A DNA stretch of 64,000 nucleotides from Dehalococcoidia bacterium (GCA_965116365.1 OZ220682.1:2008001-2072000), one strand, 5' to 3'. Shown: positions 41,853 to 52,381, counted from the stretch's first letter. The notes: a model not told the origin generated them from the letters alone. Program-made: numbers and translations.

Positions 41853-42896
41853 ATGCGTCATAAGTGGGTAAATCTCATCCTCCTCACGCTCGTTGCAGGC
41901 GAGTTGGTGACGGGCGCGGTCGGATTGATGAGCGGGAACTCGCAGCATGAGATTGTGCTGCAGATTCATAGCGTTCTTGGCTACAGCATCATCGCCGTCC
42001 TCGCTTGGAAAACGGCCCTGGCCTTGCATTCTCTCAAACGTCCTTCGCGGGGGAGGCCGCGCAACGTGGCTGTTCTGGTTTCACTGCTGCTTTTGACGAC
42101 CCTGAGCATCGGTGTTGTATGGAGCATCGGAGGTTTTTGGTCTGTCGAAGGAATCACTGGCATGAGCCTTCACATCTACGCCGGAGCCGCGATCCTGCCG
42201 TTCATTGCTTGGCACGCGTGGGCTTACACTGCCCGATTCCGCGTCGGATACAGCGCTGAAAGACGTGAAGCGTTGCGATTCGGATCTGTACTTGCCGTGG
42301 GCACGGCGGCGTGGGTGGTCAGCGAGAACATCATCCGGGAGATACCAACCCCGGGCGCAGATCGGCGATTCACTGGCTCGCACGAACGTCGCTCATACGA
42401 AGGCAATGTCTTCCCCACCACTTCGTGGATCAACGACAAACCGGCGCAGATAGATATTGCCCAATGGCGCTTAAACCTCGTGGATGTTGACGGCAATTCC
42501 ACATCATTGACACTTCTAGACCTTGAGAACGGTAGTCTCGGGATCAACCTCACTGAACTCGAAGCGACGCTCGACTGTACGGGCGGTTGGTACTCACACC
42601 AGATATGGAGCGGCATTTATCTGCGTGACGTTTTGGAAGCCGCAGGCATGAACGCAGACGCACGCAGTTGCATCGTGCACTCGGTTACCGGTTACACCCG
42701 GCGATACGCGTCATCGGAGTTCGGCGAAATCATGCTCGCGACGCGAGTTGGTGGCGAGTTGCTGTGGCATGGGCATGGAGCGCCCTTGCGGCTGGTCGCT
42801 CCGGGAAGGCGGGGCTACGACTGGGTGAAGTGGGTGGACGAGGTTCGATTGACCGATTCGCCGCACTGGCTGCAGCCCTGGTTGCCGTTGCAGTAG
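41853..42896 (+). CDS. Molybdopterin-dependent (sulfite oxidase/YedY-fold) oxidoreductase fused to an N-terminal multi-helix membrane domain
   Basis: The ATG at 41853 lies 5 nt after AGAGGA. About 5 TM helices with conserved His residues (QIHSVLGY, WHAWAY). These are followed by LDCTGGWYSHQIWSGIYLRDVL and HGAPLRLVAPG.RGYDWVKWV, typical of the Oxidored_molyb domain. Confidence 0.7.
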   Translation: MRHKWVNLILLTLVAGELVTGAVGLMSGNSQHEIVLQIHSVLGYSIIAVLAWKTALALHSLKRPSRGRPRNVAVLVSLLLLTTLSIGVVWSIGGFWSVEGITGMSLHIYAGAAILPFIAWHAWAYTARFRVGYSAERREALRFGSVLAVGTAAWVVSENIIREIPTPGADRRFTGSHERRSYEGNVFPTTSWINDKPAQIDIAQWRLNLVDVDGNSTSLTLLDLENGSLGINLTELEATLDCTGGWYSHQIWSGIYLRDVLEAAGMNADARSCIVHSVTGYTRRYASSEFGEIMLATRVGGELLWHGHGAPLRLVAPGRRGYDWVKWVDEVRLTDSPHWLQPWLPLQ

Positions 42897-42901
42897 GGTT
42901 T

Positions 42902-43297
42902 TTAGCGGAGGTTGATGATCGCAATATCGCCGACTGGGGCTCGGCTCAGTCGTCCGTCCGACGTGATCAACTCCATGCCGTGCAAATGTGCAGTTGCAAG
43001 GTACAACGCGTCATATGCGGTCGCGTTTTGATAGAACCGCCAAGCATGTAAGATCAGTTCCGAATGCGAAATGCGCTCGAACGGACACTTGACTAATGCC
43101 TCGAGCACCTGCAAGGCCCGACTGGCTGACATGGTTTGTCGCAGCACACCACGTGTAACCGACGACATGATTTCTACGTCGATTAGTTCCGGCGCGATCA
43201 ATCGTTTGCCGCGCGTGACTTCTAAGAATTGCGATCCGACTTGCGACCCAGTCAAATATTCGAAAGCAACTGAAGCGTCGACGACGTAGCCGTTCAC
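42902..43297 (-). CDS. vapC: PIN-domain toxin
   Basis: YVVDASVAFEYL, then YDALYLA and LITSD(G)RL, carrying the PIN acidic residues. It overlaps the upstream antitoxin by 4 nt. Confidence 0.85.
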   Translation of the reverse strand: MNGYVVDASVAFEYLTGSQVGSQFLEVTRGKRLIAPELIDVEIMSSVTRGVLRQTMSASRALQVLEALVKCPFERISHSELILHAWRFYQNATAYDALYLATAHLHGMELITSDGRLSRAPVGDIAIINLR

Positions 43298-43527
43298 TCT
43301 AAACCTGCGTCTCTAAGTGTTCGGGCTTCGTAGACCAATTCTGAAGGAGGTACGTCGAGTTGGTCTTTCGGTAAACCTTCCCAGTATTCTTGCCATTCTT
43401 CGTCTCGGATCTGTTGTTCGACGGCTGCGATGACGGTCGCACTGATCGTAGAATTGCGTTTCTTCGCTAGCCAACGAATACGCTCGTACATCTCATCGGG
43501 GATGTTTCTTACCTGTAATGTGGCCAT
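43294..43527 (-). CDS. VapB/FitA-like ribbon-helix-helix antitoxin
   Basis: MATLQVRNIPDEMYERIRWLAKKRNSTISATV, an Arc/MetJ-type N-terminus. Translationally coupled to vapC. Confidence 0.8.
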   Translation of the reverse strand: MATLQVRNIPDEMYERIRWLAKKRNSTISATVIAAVEQQIRDEEWQEYWEGLPKDQLDVPPSELVYEARTLRDAGLE

Positions 43528-43621
43528 GATGGCTCAATCATACCACATATGAGACAAATTTGTTTGTGCGATGCTGTCGCGAGCCGCGACTAGCTGTGAC
43601 TCGACTGTCAATGATGCGTGT

Positions 43622-45682
43622 TCAATACTCCAACCCATGCCCAAACGGGAACAGGGTGTCCTCTTCGGAGTAGCCCGGGACGTCTGAATGCTGTCGAAGT
43701 ATCGCTTCAGCACTGTTGGCGAGGGCGAAGGGTAGTTTGCCTTGTGCGGGATGTTTGCCGGTGAGCACGTCCATCAATGCGGCGTCGCTTGAACCGAAGG
43801 TGGCAATGACGGCTCCGGCATTCAGCAGGCCGCTCGCTTCGTCCAAGACGAACGGCTGGCGGAATCGGATCGCTACGATAGTGCGGTCAGCGCCGATTTC
43901 GGACATGACACCGTTGATGTCGTCCAAACTTGGCGTGACAGTCCAAGAATTCGACTTTTCCATGTCTGAGAAGGCGATCATATCGAGTTCTTCCGGATCG
44001 GGAACCGGAAGGAAACCTCCGCCAACCTTGCTGTTGTTGCCGATGATGACGCGGATTATTGCGTAGTCGGTGCCATTGGGGACCTCAGGTCTGGCTTCCC
44101 CGTTGGCGGGGGTGTAGTCGCCAGACACAACCTCGTATTCATTCCATTCGGGACCGCTGATCACTTCGGGGGCCATGCCCATGACGTAGAGTTTTTTGCT
44201 GACCGGTTCGATCTCCGGCTCATCCGTCGCATCCTGATGGAAACCGAGCATTGCGAACGGATTTGGTTGCGGTTTAGGCGTCGGCATCTCCATCGGCAGC
44301 ACGTTGTTGCGGTTCTGTAGAAGCACTATCGCCTTGCGTTGGGCAGCGTCAGCCTTGGCCTGCGTGATGCGGTTGTTGAGGATGTATCCCGCTCGATTCG
44401 GCTCTACGAAGGGGTTCTCGAACAGACCGAGTTTGAACTGTTCGGTAAGTAACCGACTGACCGCTTGATCGAGTCGTTCCTCAGGGATCGTGCCGGAGTC
44501 GATAAGTGCGCTCATCTGCGTGTTGTCACTGAACCCGGACAGGACATCTACACCGGCGTTGATCGCCATAGCGACGCGTTCAGAGACGGGTTTGTCTTCG
44601 ACGCCCCACGGCATCGTCGTGGCAATTGCAGTATCTGAGTTGACGTTCCCCTCGAATCCCAGTTTCTCACGCAACAACTCGGTGGTGATGCCTTTAGAGA
44701 ACGACATACCGACATCGTTGGGTTGGTACCTCTGCCCCACTGGCACGCCGTAGTACGGCATGATCGACGAGACGCCGGCCTTGATCGCGGCGATGAACGG
44801 CTTGTAGTGATAGTCGAAGTTGTCGCCCGGATACGCTTGGTACTTTCCGAACTCGAAGTGCGGGTCGGCACCGCCCTCTTGGGGTCCGCCGCCTGGGAAG
44901 TGCTTCATGGTGACTTGAACACTCTGATGGTTCAGTGATTCGCCTTGTATGCCCTTGACTAGGGCCGTGGCGATCTCGCTTACCAGATCAGCGTCTTGCG
45001 CGAAGGTCTCGGTGATACGGAACCATCGAGGTTCGGTCGAGAGGTCGAGACAGTAGCCATACATCCCTCTGATGCCGAGGGCGACCCATTCTCTCGCGAC
45101 CGTACGGGCAAAGTCAGCGATGAGCTCCATGTCACGAGTCGCGGCGAGACCGGCCTCTTTGGGCCACGCCGAGAATGCTCCTACGGATGCATCGAGTCCG
45201 CCCATGAATCCTTCTTCGAAGTGGTTGCGTGGGTTCGACTTGAAGATCGCGGGTATGCCGAGGCGCGTGGTTTCGCACATCTCCTGCACCGCGTTCGTGA
45301 ACTGCGCCATCTCGTACGGAGTAACCTGCGCGCCGAAGAATGGGTGACCAGTTTCTTGAGGCGAATTCGTGACGGTGTTTCGGAGGATGAACCGCGTCAT
45401 CTTCTCTTCAAACAGCAATTTGCCTGCCAGTAACGGGACTTGACCACCCGCGTCGGCGTTCAACTGATCGATCATCAGCATCCCAGCCTTCTCGTCCAGT
45501 GTCATCTGAGAAAGCAGGTCGGCGACGCGAGCTTCAACTGGTTCGCGCCAGTCTTCGTATGTGTCTATCTCGCCGTTCTTGTTGAGGTCTCGGAATGGAA
45601 GCCCGTCGTCGTACAGGAGTTCAACAGCCCTTGTCTCCACCGAGGGGCGCGTTTCACCAATATGAGACATCATTGTTAACAA
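43622..45682 (-). CDS. Glycoside hydrolase family 3 (beta-glucosidase-like)
   Basis: MTLDEKAGML, KHFPGGGPQEGG.DPH, SDT and a C-terminal beta-sandwich region. The start could be any of Met 1, 4 or 5. Confidence 0.85.
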   Translation of the reverse strand: MLTMMSHIGETRPSVETRAVELLYDDGLPFRDLNKNGEIDTYEDWREPVEARVADLLSQMTLDEKAGMLMIDQLNADAGGQVPLLAGKLLFEEKMTRFILRNTVTNSPQETGHPFFGAQVTPYEMAQFTNAVQEMCETTRLGIPAIFKSNPRNHFEEGFMGGLDASVGAFSAWPKEAGLAATRDMELIADFARTVAREWVALGIRGMYGYCLDLSTEPRWFRITETFAQDADLVSEIATALVKGIQGESLNHQSVQVTMKHFPGGGPQEGGADPHFEFGKYQAYPGDNFDYHYKPFIAAIKAGVSSIMPYYGVPVGQRYQPNDVGMSFSKGITTELLREKLGFEGNVNSDTAIATTMPWGVEDKPVSERVAMAINAGVDVLSGFSDNTQMSALIDSGTIPEERLDQAVSRLLTEQFKLGLFENPFVEPNRAGYILNNRITQAKADAAQRKAIVLLQNRNNVLPMEMPTPKPQPNPFAMLGFHQDATDEPEIEPVSKKLYVMGMAPEVISGPEWNEYEVVSGDYTPANGEARPEVPNGTDYAIIRVIIGNNSKVGGGFLPVPDPEELDMIAFSDMEKSNSWTVTPSLDDINGVMSEIGADRTIVAIRFRQPFVLDEASGLLNAGAVIATFGSSDAALMDVLTGKHPAQGKLPFALANSAEAILRQHSDVPGYSEEDTLFPFGHGLEY

Positions 45683-45711
45683 ATCTTTCCGAGGACGCTG
45701 GCGGATGCCTA

Positions 45712-47643
45712 CTACTCTTTCACTAGAGGGTCTCTAGACATATCGTAGATTAACGTTTGATATTCGTCTGAAGCTTCCTCTCCGCCGGCACTGTCATCGT
45801 CTACATCTCTCGGCGTAGACGAATTCGAAGTTTCGTCGCTGTCCGAGGTACTGGATTTTCTGCGAGACCGGTAAATAATCACTCCAGCGCCGATTATCGC
45901 TAGCAAGAGCAAGATGATGAATATCCACCACCAGGCTGTCGAGTTTTCATCGTCTTTACTACCCGGAAGAACAGATGCTGAAGTTGCGACAGGCAATGGA
46001 GTGCTGCTAGGCACCGATGTCGGAGCAACTGTCGGTTCCGGAGTAGCGGTAACAATAGACGCAAGAGCTAGAGCGACGATGGACGTAGCAGTGGGGGTGG
46101 GTGTAAGAGTAGCTTGGTGTGTCGGTTCCAGAACGAGGCTGGGAGCGGGTGTATTCGTTGGCGTAAAGGTCAGCATCGGTATTGGCGTCGAGGTCGCGGT
46201 GGGTGTAAGAGTAGCTTGGTGTGTCGGTTCCAGAACGAGGCTGGGAGTTGGCGTACTCGTTGGCGTGTAAATCAGCACTGGTATCGGCGTCGAGGTCGCA
46301 GTAGGAGTATTGGTCACTGTCGGAGTAGGTGTGTTCGTTGATATGGATATCTGGACCGCTATCACCGTTGCAGTTGCGGTGGGGGTGTTGGTCGACGTGG
46401 GAGTATTAGGCGGCGCGGGCTTACTAGTCGGTGTTGCGGTGGTCGTCGGAGTGTTGACTGCCGCGGGCCTATTGGCGGGTGTTGCAGTCGCAGTCGGAGT
46501 GTTGACTGCCGTGGGCGTGCTAGTCGGTGTTGGTATCTGAGGCTGAGCTGACGTACGATCCGGGGTCGATCTAGGCTCAGATCCGTATGTGGTACGAGTC
46601 GGTGTCGCAGTTGGTGTGTTAGTAGGCGTTGACGTTGGACTGTCGCTAGGTACACGTCTAGGCGCACGATTCGGTGTAGCAGTAGGCGTGGGTGTCGGTG
46701 TCGCAGTTGGTGTGTTAGTGGGTGTTGGCGTCGGCGTCGCAGTCGGTGTCGGCGAGTTGGTGGGCGTAGGCGTCGGTGTCGCAGTCGGCGTGTTGGTGGG
46801 TGTTGGCGTCGGTGTGTTGGTGGGCGGCGGACCATCGTCGTCAACGATGATGAGACTGGCAGCATTGGCAGTAAGACTGGCGGCGGTTGTGTGGATGACG
46901 AGTACCTCATCGTCATCGTCATCGGAGTCGTCGGTGATTGTGACAGTGGTGGTTCCAGTCTTGCTTCCCGCAGAAATCGTGATGGATTCAGACGACAGGC
47001 TGTAATCGGCACTAGATGCGGAGCTTTGGCTGGAGACGGACAGGGGGATCTGCACTCCGTTGTTGCCTGCCGCTTCGTCGAGGGCCGCGGTTATGGTTAC
47101 CGTGTCGCCTTCGTTGGGCGTGTAGTCGGATGCGGTCAGGGTGACGCACGTTAGCGTCTGATTTGACCCGTCGTCGTCGATGATGATGAGATTTATAGGC
47201 GCGTGGCTTTGTATGGGGCTCCCGGATATGGGGAAGGAGCCAGAGACTATGAGTCCGAATTCTTCGTGTCCTTCAACAAGTGAGTCGTCTTTGGCGACGA
47301 CTCTGAAGGTGGCGGTCGTCCGTCCTTCTGCAAAGGAGGGTAATGAGAATTCGTAGTCGTCTTTCCAGTTAGCGTCCTTATAGTGCCCCATACCGAGTCC
47401 CACATACTCGGGCGCGGGGTTCACGAGGGACGCGGTTATGGTGACGGAGCCGCGGTTTTCGGGGATGCAGTAGGATCCGCTTGTGATGTTGAGTACGAGA
47501 GTGCTCGGGGGCTGCGGTTGCGCTTGAGTGCCTGAGTGGAGCAACGTCGCGGCTGTGATGGCGGTGAGTGCGACAAAGGCAAGAAGAATAGTGTGCGCGA
47601 TCGGATGCCGCCAGGCCGCAGTGTTGCCGTAGATACTGTCCAT
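45712..47643 (-). CDS. Cell-surface type I membrane protein: signal peptide, Calx-beta-like domains, a Pro/Thr-rich linker of about 250 aa, a C-terminal TM anchor and an acidic tail
   Basis: N-terminal hydrophobic helix [19 protein letters not shown]. Calx-beta-like segments ([19 protein letters not shown]; [18 protein letters not shown]). Long [17 protein letters not shown] tracts. The TM helix [21 protein letters not shown] followed by RSRRK. Confidence 0.7.
   Translation of the reverse strand: MDSIYGNTAAWRHPIAHTILLAFVALTAITAATLLHSGTQAQPQPPSTLVLNITSGSYCIPENRGSVTITASLVNPAPEYVGLGMGHYKDANWKDDYEFSLPSFAEGRTTATFRVVAKDDSLVEGHEEFGLIVSGSFPISGSPIQSHAPINLIIIDDDGSNQTLTCVTLTASDYTPNEGDTVTITAALDEAAGNNGVQIPLSVSSQSSASSADYSLSSESITISAGSKTGTTTVTITDDSDDDDDEVLVIHTTAASLTANAASLIIVDDDGPPPTNTPTPTPTNTPTATPTPTPTNSPTPTATPTPTPTNTPTATPTPTPTATPNRAPRRVPSDSPTSTPTNTPTATPTRTTYGSEPRSTPDRTSAQPQIPTPTSTPTAVNTPTATATPANRPAAVNTPTTTATPTSKPAPPNTPTSTNTPTATATVIAVQISISTNTPTPTVTNTPTATSTPIPVLIYTPTSTPTPSLVLEPTHQATLTPTATSTPIPMLTFTPTNTPAPSLVLEPTHQATLTPTPTATSIVALALASIVTATPEPTVAPTSVPSSTPLPVATSASVLPGSKDDENSTAWWWIFIILLLLAIIGAGVIIYRSRRKSSTSDSDETSNSSTPRDVDDDSAGGEEASDEYQTLIYDMSRDPLVKE
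46097..46300. repeat. 102-bp tandem duplication (2 units) inside the PT-rich linker
   Basis: Units 46097-46198 and 46199-46300. The first 49 nt are identical (gtgggtgtaagagtagcttggtgtgtcggttccagaacgaggctgggag) and the remainder has diverged. They encode the 34-aa unit ..[27 protein letters not shown]. Confidence 0.85.
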
Positions 47644-48096
47644 TACCTGCGAATTTCTCGGGTAGAGGGGAGCCGAGGTACGGGAAAAACGCTTAACGCA
47701 ACACAGTCAGATGGCCTATCACGTCGATTTTCACCACAGCCGTAACTTAGGAAGTCCCCCATGTCAGCGAATCTACGAAAATCGCGCATAGTCTTTCTAT
47801 ACATTTGGAAGCATTAGGGAGCGCAAGTCACGCGCAATACACAGGGCAGACGCGGCGCGTTTAGGTTCTCCCGGAAGGTCGGGAAACAGCCGAATGATAG
47901 AGAGGCTGTGAAGCTAATTCACTAGTCGGAACACTTTGCGTCTCGCTATACTCGACGCATCCGCCCTTTGCCTAGCAAAAACTGATGGTGGACAAACGTC
48001 TCAAACGGTATAGTTCAGATGACGCGCCAAACCACGACCACCGAAATCAGAGACGCGGCATGTTCCACTGAATCGTCGATTCGACGAACTAAGATT

Positions 48097-49191
48097 TCAA
48101 TCATCCATCATCTGGATGCATACCGGTCCCGGTATCGAGATCATGTGTCCGGTGTGGGTCAGTTCACCAGAATCAGCGTCTCGCTTGAAGGTGTGAATGG
48201 TCCCCGAATCTTGGTTCTCGGCGAGTACCCAAGTTCCGGTGGGATCGATGGCGAAGTTGCGAGGAGTGTTGCCGCGAGTGGACTCGTTGGCGATGTAGTA
48301 GAGCATCCGAGCGTAGGGGTCCCAGCCGTAGATGACTAGTGTGTCGTGGCCACGGTTCGAGCCGTAGACGTGCCTGCCATCGGGTGATACGTGGATATCG
48401 GCGGTGCTGTTGCCATCGGCGTAGACAATATCGGGACGGACAGTGCCGACCCAGTGGGTTTCAGTCAGCTTGCCGCTGTCGGCATCGACATCGTATGCAC
48501 TGATGGTGAGGCCGATCTCGTTGATGGCGAACGCTGCGGTGCCGTCGGGGTGGAACGCGAAATGGCGCGGCCCTTCACCTGGCCTCGAATCGGCGGATGC
48601 GTCTTCGTTGAGCACGATCTTGCCCGCATGGTGATCGATGTCGTAAACCAACACCTTGTCCAGACCTAAGTCGCAGACGATCAGCTGGTTATTGCTCGGC
48701 GCCATGGTTACGGAGTGGGCGTGCGGTTCGTTTTGACGGTCTGCTTGAACCATGCTGCCGCCGACGTGCTGATGGAAGTCGCAGGCTTCGTTCAGGCTGC
48801 CGTCGTCGTTGATCTCGAACATTGCGACGCTACCGCCTGCGTAGTTGGCGACGAATAGGTACTTTCCGTTCGCCTCGACGACGAGGTGGCAGGGCCCAGT
48901 GCCTTTGGTCGACTCTTTGTTGATGAGGGATAGCTTTCCGTTCCCGCCGATGGCGTATGCGTGGACACCGCCAGCATCATCGCCGTCGAAGTCGTTGACT
49001 TCAGCCACTGAGTAGAGGAATTTGCCGTTCGGGTGAAGAGTGACGAATGATGGGTTGGGCCCGCTATCGGTGGCGACTGACAACTCGGTCAGTCGTCCGG
49101 TTGCGCCATCCATGTGGCACGTGTAGATGCCTTTTGCGCCGAGATTGGTGTAGGTACCGACGAATATCAGCTGGTCTTTGGGGTGTCCCAT
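48097..49191 (-). CDS. Lactonase, 7-bladed beta-propeller family (6-phosphogluconolactonase-like)
   Basis: LIFVGTYT....GIY......TG.L, then PSF...HPNGKFLY, FVANY.GGSVA.F, H......P and VSPDGR.VY.SNRG.D...I. The ATG at 49189-49191 was used. Confidence 0.8.
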   Translation of the reverse strand: MGHPKDQLIFVGTYTNLGAKGIYTCHMDGATGRLTELSVATDSGPNPSFVTLHPNGKFLYSVAEVNDFDGDDAGGVHAYAIGGNGKLSLINKESTKGTGPCHLVVEANGKYLFVANYAGGSVAMFEINDDGSLNEACDFHQHVGGSMVQADRQNEPHAHSVTMAPSNNQLIVCDLGLDKVLVYDIDHHAGKIVLNEDASADSRPGEGPRHFAFHPDGTAAFAINEIGLTISAYDVDADSGKLTETHWVGTVRPDIVYADGNSTADIHVSPDGRHVYGSNRGHDTLVIYGWDPYARMLYYIANESTRGNTPRNFAIDPTGTWVLAENQDSGTIHTFKRDADSGELTHTGHMISIPGPVCIQMMDD

Positions 49192-49342
49192 GCTTGCGAT
49201 CTGCCTTTCGATTTGACGTTGATAGATGCGATTTGGTCTGCGCTGAAATGATAAGCGACAAATCGCGGAATCATTCCACTGATACATTAGGATTCAGGTG
49301 ATTCAAGCACCAGCAATTGCAACCCAGCCAAGCGTTTAGCGT

Positions 49343-51985
49343 ATGAAACCAGCACCATTCAACTCTGTCAATCGAATCGATGTCCAAGGGCGAGAGTATT
49401 CCTACTACGATCTGGGTGCCCTCGAACGTGCTGGACTGTGCGACGTGTCGACGTTGCCATTTTCGATACGGGTGCTGCTGGAAAACGCTCTTCGTAACGC
49501 CCATGTCGGTCCCGCGACCGAAGACGATGTGCGACTCGTGGCGTCTTGGTCGCCATCTGCGACTCCACCCAAAGAGTTTCCTTACATGCCGGGTCGTGTC
49601 GCCTTACAAGACTTCACCGGCGTTCCCGTTGTGGTCGATCTTGCCGCTATGCGCGATGCCGTTGCCGAAAAAGGCGGCGATCCGGGGATCATAAATCCGG
49701 TTGTTCACTCCGACCTTGTCATCGATCACTCGGTCCAAGTCGACTATTTCGCATCCGAAGGCGCGTTGGCGCGGAACATTGACCTCGAGTTTGAGCGCAA
49801 TGTGGAGCGATACAAGCTACTGAAGTGGTCGCAGACGGCGTTCAACAATATGCTGGTCATCCCGCCGGGAACGGGCATAGTCCACCAAGTAAACCTCGAA
49901 TTCTTGGCATCCGCCGTTCTTACTAACGAGATCGATGGCGGGACTTTTGCATACCCTGATACCTGCGTAGGCACCGACTCCCACACGACGATGATCAACG
50001 GGCTTGGCGTCCTAGGTTGGGGTGTTGGCGGTATTGAAGCCGAGGCGGTGATGCTTGGACAGCCTTACTACATGCTCGTGCCAGAAGTGGTGGGCGTGAA
50101 ACTCACTGGCAGCTTGGCGGAAGGTGCCACGGCTACTGACCTCGTGCTCGCCATTACAGAGATGCTCCGCGGTGTTGGTGTGGTGGAACGCTTCGTAGAG
50201 TTTTACGGACCCGGTCTGGCATCATTGCCAGTCGCAGATCGTGCGACGATCGGAAACATGGCTCCGGAGTACGGCGCGACGTGTGGTTTCTTCCCTATCG
50301 ACGAGCAGACGTTCGACTACTTGCGACGTACCGGACGTTCTGAGGAGACTGTGGCGCTTGTGGAGGCATATTCGGCTGCTAACCACCTCACTCCTACTGA
50401 CAACGACGATCCGCAGTACACGATTGCTCTTGAGTTCGATCTCGGCGAAGTTGAGCCGAGTATGGCGGGGCCGAAGCGTCCACAGGACCGCGTGTTGCTG
50501 AGCGATGTCTCCGAAAACTTCCGAGACGCGTTTCCCGACGCTTCTTCGAATGGCGCAGAGGTCACGGATGGATCGGTTGTCATCGCCGCGATCACTAGTT
50601 GCACTAACACCTCCAACCCGTCTGTGATGATTGGAGCCGGCTTGCTGGCTCGCAACGCTGTCGAGAAAGGACTAGAGCGTAAGTGGTGGGTGAAGAGCAG
50701 CTTGGCACCCGGATCGAAGGTGGTCTCGGATTATTTGGACCGCGCGGGGCTCACAGATCCGCTTGAATCGCTTGGTTTTCAGACTGTTGGCTATGGCTGC
50801 ACAACGTGCATCGGAAACTCGGGTCCGTTGCCGCAAGAGGTGGCGGATACGGTTACGGACCACGATCTGGTGGCAGCGGCGGTACTCAGTGGCAACCGCA
50901 ACTTCGAGGGGCGTGTGCATCCGCAAGTGAAGGCCAACTACCTTGCATCGCCGATGTTGGTGGTCGCTTACGCGCTCGCGGGACGCATCGATGTCGATTT
51001 GACGCGTGACGCTCTAGGCACTGACGACGACGGCAATGATGTCTATCTGTCTGACATCTGGCCGAGCCAGAACGAGATCGCGCAGACGATTGCCAGCGCA
51101 GTTGGAGTCGATCAGTTCAATGACCGTTACGGCGCGGTTTACGATGGTCCGGAGCAATGGCAGGAGTTGGAAGCGGCTACTGGTGAGCAGTTCCAGTGGG
51201 ATCCGGGGAGCACCTATATTCAGCCGCCGCCGTACTTCGACGGTTTCGAGCTTGAGCCGCGGCCTCGCGACGAGATTGAGAATGCCCGGGTGCTGGTGAG
51301 TGTCGGGGATACGGTTACAACTGATCACATCTCCCCTGCTGGAAGCATCCCTCCGAGCGCGCCGTCTGGTCAGCATTTGATAGCGAACGATGTTCCTCGG
51401 CGATCGTTCAATTCTTACGGATCGCGGCGTGGAAACCATAACGTGATGATGAGGGGAACGTTCGGCAACATCCGTCTCCGCAATAAACTCACACCGGATT
51501 ACGAGGGTGACTGGACGGTTCACTATCCGACTGGTGAGACGATGCGTATCTTCAATGCGGCGGAGCGTTATCGATCTGAGGGTGTGCCGCTCATCGTGAT
51601 CGCAGGTAAGGAGTACGGAACGGGAAGCTCACGCGATTGGGCGGCTAAGGGTCCAATGCTGTTGGGTGTGCGGGCTGTGATTGCAGAGAGCTTCGAGCGT
51701 ATCCACCGCGCCAATCTGATCGGTATGGGTGTGGTTCCGCTTCAGTTCGTAGATGGACAGTCGGGGCAGTCGTTGGGTTTGACTGGCAAAGAGCGGTTCA
51801 CCATCAATGGTGTTGGGGCGAGCGTGGAGCCCGGCTCGATACTCAGGGTCAGTGCGACGAGCGACGATGGGTCTTCGCAGACTTTCGACGTGCTGTGTCG
51901 GGTGGATACCGCGATCGAGGCTGAGTATTACGAGCATGGGGGGCTGCTGCCCTACGTTCTGCGTCAGATGATTGCGCAGAGCTGA
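49343..51985 (+). CDS. acnA: Aconitate hydratase A
   Basis: 880 aa with DTCVGTDSHTTMINGLGVLGWGVGGIEAEA, ITSCTNTSNP and GCTTCIGNSGPL cluster ligands, plus the C-terminal swivel domain. Confidence 0.96.
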   Translation: MKPAPFNSVNRIDVQGREYSYYDLGALERAGLCDVSTLPFSIRVLLENALRNAHVGPATEDDVRLVASWSPSATPPKEFPYMPGRVALQDFTGVPVVVDLAAMRDAVAEKGGDPGIINPVVHSDLVIDHSVQVDYFASEGALARNIDLEFERNVERYKLLKWSQTAFNNMLVIPPGTGIVHQVNLEFLASAVLTNEIDGGTFAYPDTCVGTDSHTTMINGLGVLGWGVGGIEAEAVMLGQPYYMLVPEVVGVKLTGSLAEGATATDLVLAITEMLRGVGVVERFVEFYGPGLASLPVADRATIGNMAPEYGATCGFFPIDEQTFDYLRRTGRSEETVALVEAYSAANHLTPTDNDDPQYTIALEFDLGEVEPSMAGPKRPQDRVLLSDVSENFRDAFPDASSNGAEVTDGSVVIAAITSCTNTSNPSVMIGAGLLARNAVEKGLERKWWVKSSLAPGSKVVSDYLDRAGLTDPLESLGFQTVGYGCTTCIGNSGPLPQEVADTVTDHDLVAAAVLSGNRNFEGRVHPQVKANYLASPMLVVAYALAGRIDVDLTRDALGTDDDGNDVYLSDIWPSQNEIAQTIASAVGVDQFNDRYGAVYDGPEQWQELEAATGEQFQWDPGSTYIQPPPYFDGFELEPRPRDEIENARVLVSVGDTVTTDHISPAGSIPPSAPSGQHLIANDVPRRSFNSYGSRRGNHNVMMRGTFGNIRLRNKLTPDYEGDWTVHYPTGETMRIFNAAERYRSEGVPLIVIAGKEYGTGSSRDWAAKGPMLLGVRAVIAESFERIHRANLIGMGVVPLQFVDGQSGQSLGLTGKERFTINGVGASVEPGSILRVSATSDDGSSQTFDVLCRVDTAIEAEYYEHGGLLPYVLRQMIAQS

Positions 51986-52098
51986 GGTTCGCGTCGCTTT
52001 ACGAAAGGGCGATGACGCGTGTAATTGCCAGTCGGTATAGGTTCCGGCTGGTTTCGGAACGGTTTTTGGCGCGTTTAATTGAAGGGGTTTTACTCCCT

Positions 52099-52138
52099 TC
52101 ACCCTCACCCTAGCCCTCTCCCATCAAGGGAGAGGGGA
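52099..52138. repeat. Palindromic repeat family A
   Basis: tcaccctcaccctagccctctcccatcaagggagagggga. Confidence 0.85.
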
Positions 52139-52381
52139 TCGATGTTCGAAGCATCGCCGCGTCGTTTCGATCGCGTGCGGCAAGTACTTTTGGTCCAGCA
52201 CCGCCGACGTCGCCAGACCGTCGGCCCTCCGGGAAGCGTCTGAAAGAGGTGCTCCCGTCATCGCTCGATTCATTCCTCTCGCTGGTGCTGCAGCCTCCCC
52301 CGCCCGACGATGCGGGTAGACGTGTGCCGGATAAAAGACCGTTCGCCCGAACCTTGAACGGACAGATTCCCCCGCGCTACT

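Noticed and set aside
41454-42029. A 191-aa minus-strand ORF overlapping the start of the Mo-oxidoreductase and the small plus-strand ORF.
   Set aside because: Its translation is R/H/L-rich and low quality, and it overlaps two better-supported plus-strand genes. It was judged spurious.
46362-47012. Multiple ORFs (46362-47012 minus; 45914-46270, 46310-46540 and 46589-47005 plus) inside the PT-rich region.
   Set aside because: They are alternative-frame readings of the (ACN-CCN)n low-complexity DNA of the surface-protein linker, giving R/P/H-rich or G/V-rich products. Only the frame continuous with the signal peptide, Calx-beta-like domains and TM anchor is credible.
47820-47910. A c-di-GMP-I (GEMM-I)-like string CACAGGGCA plus two hairpins (TCCCG/CGGGA and ACAGCC/GGCTGT) in the spacer upstream of the surface-protein gene.
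   Set aside because: The match is on the plus strand while both flanking genes are on the minus strand, and the remaining conserved GEMM features (GCAAA-type tetraloop/receptor, ACGCAAAGC segment) are absent. It was left as unexplained hairpins only.
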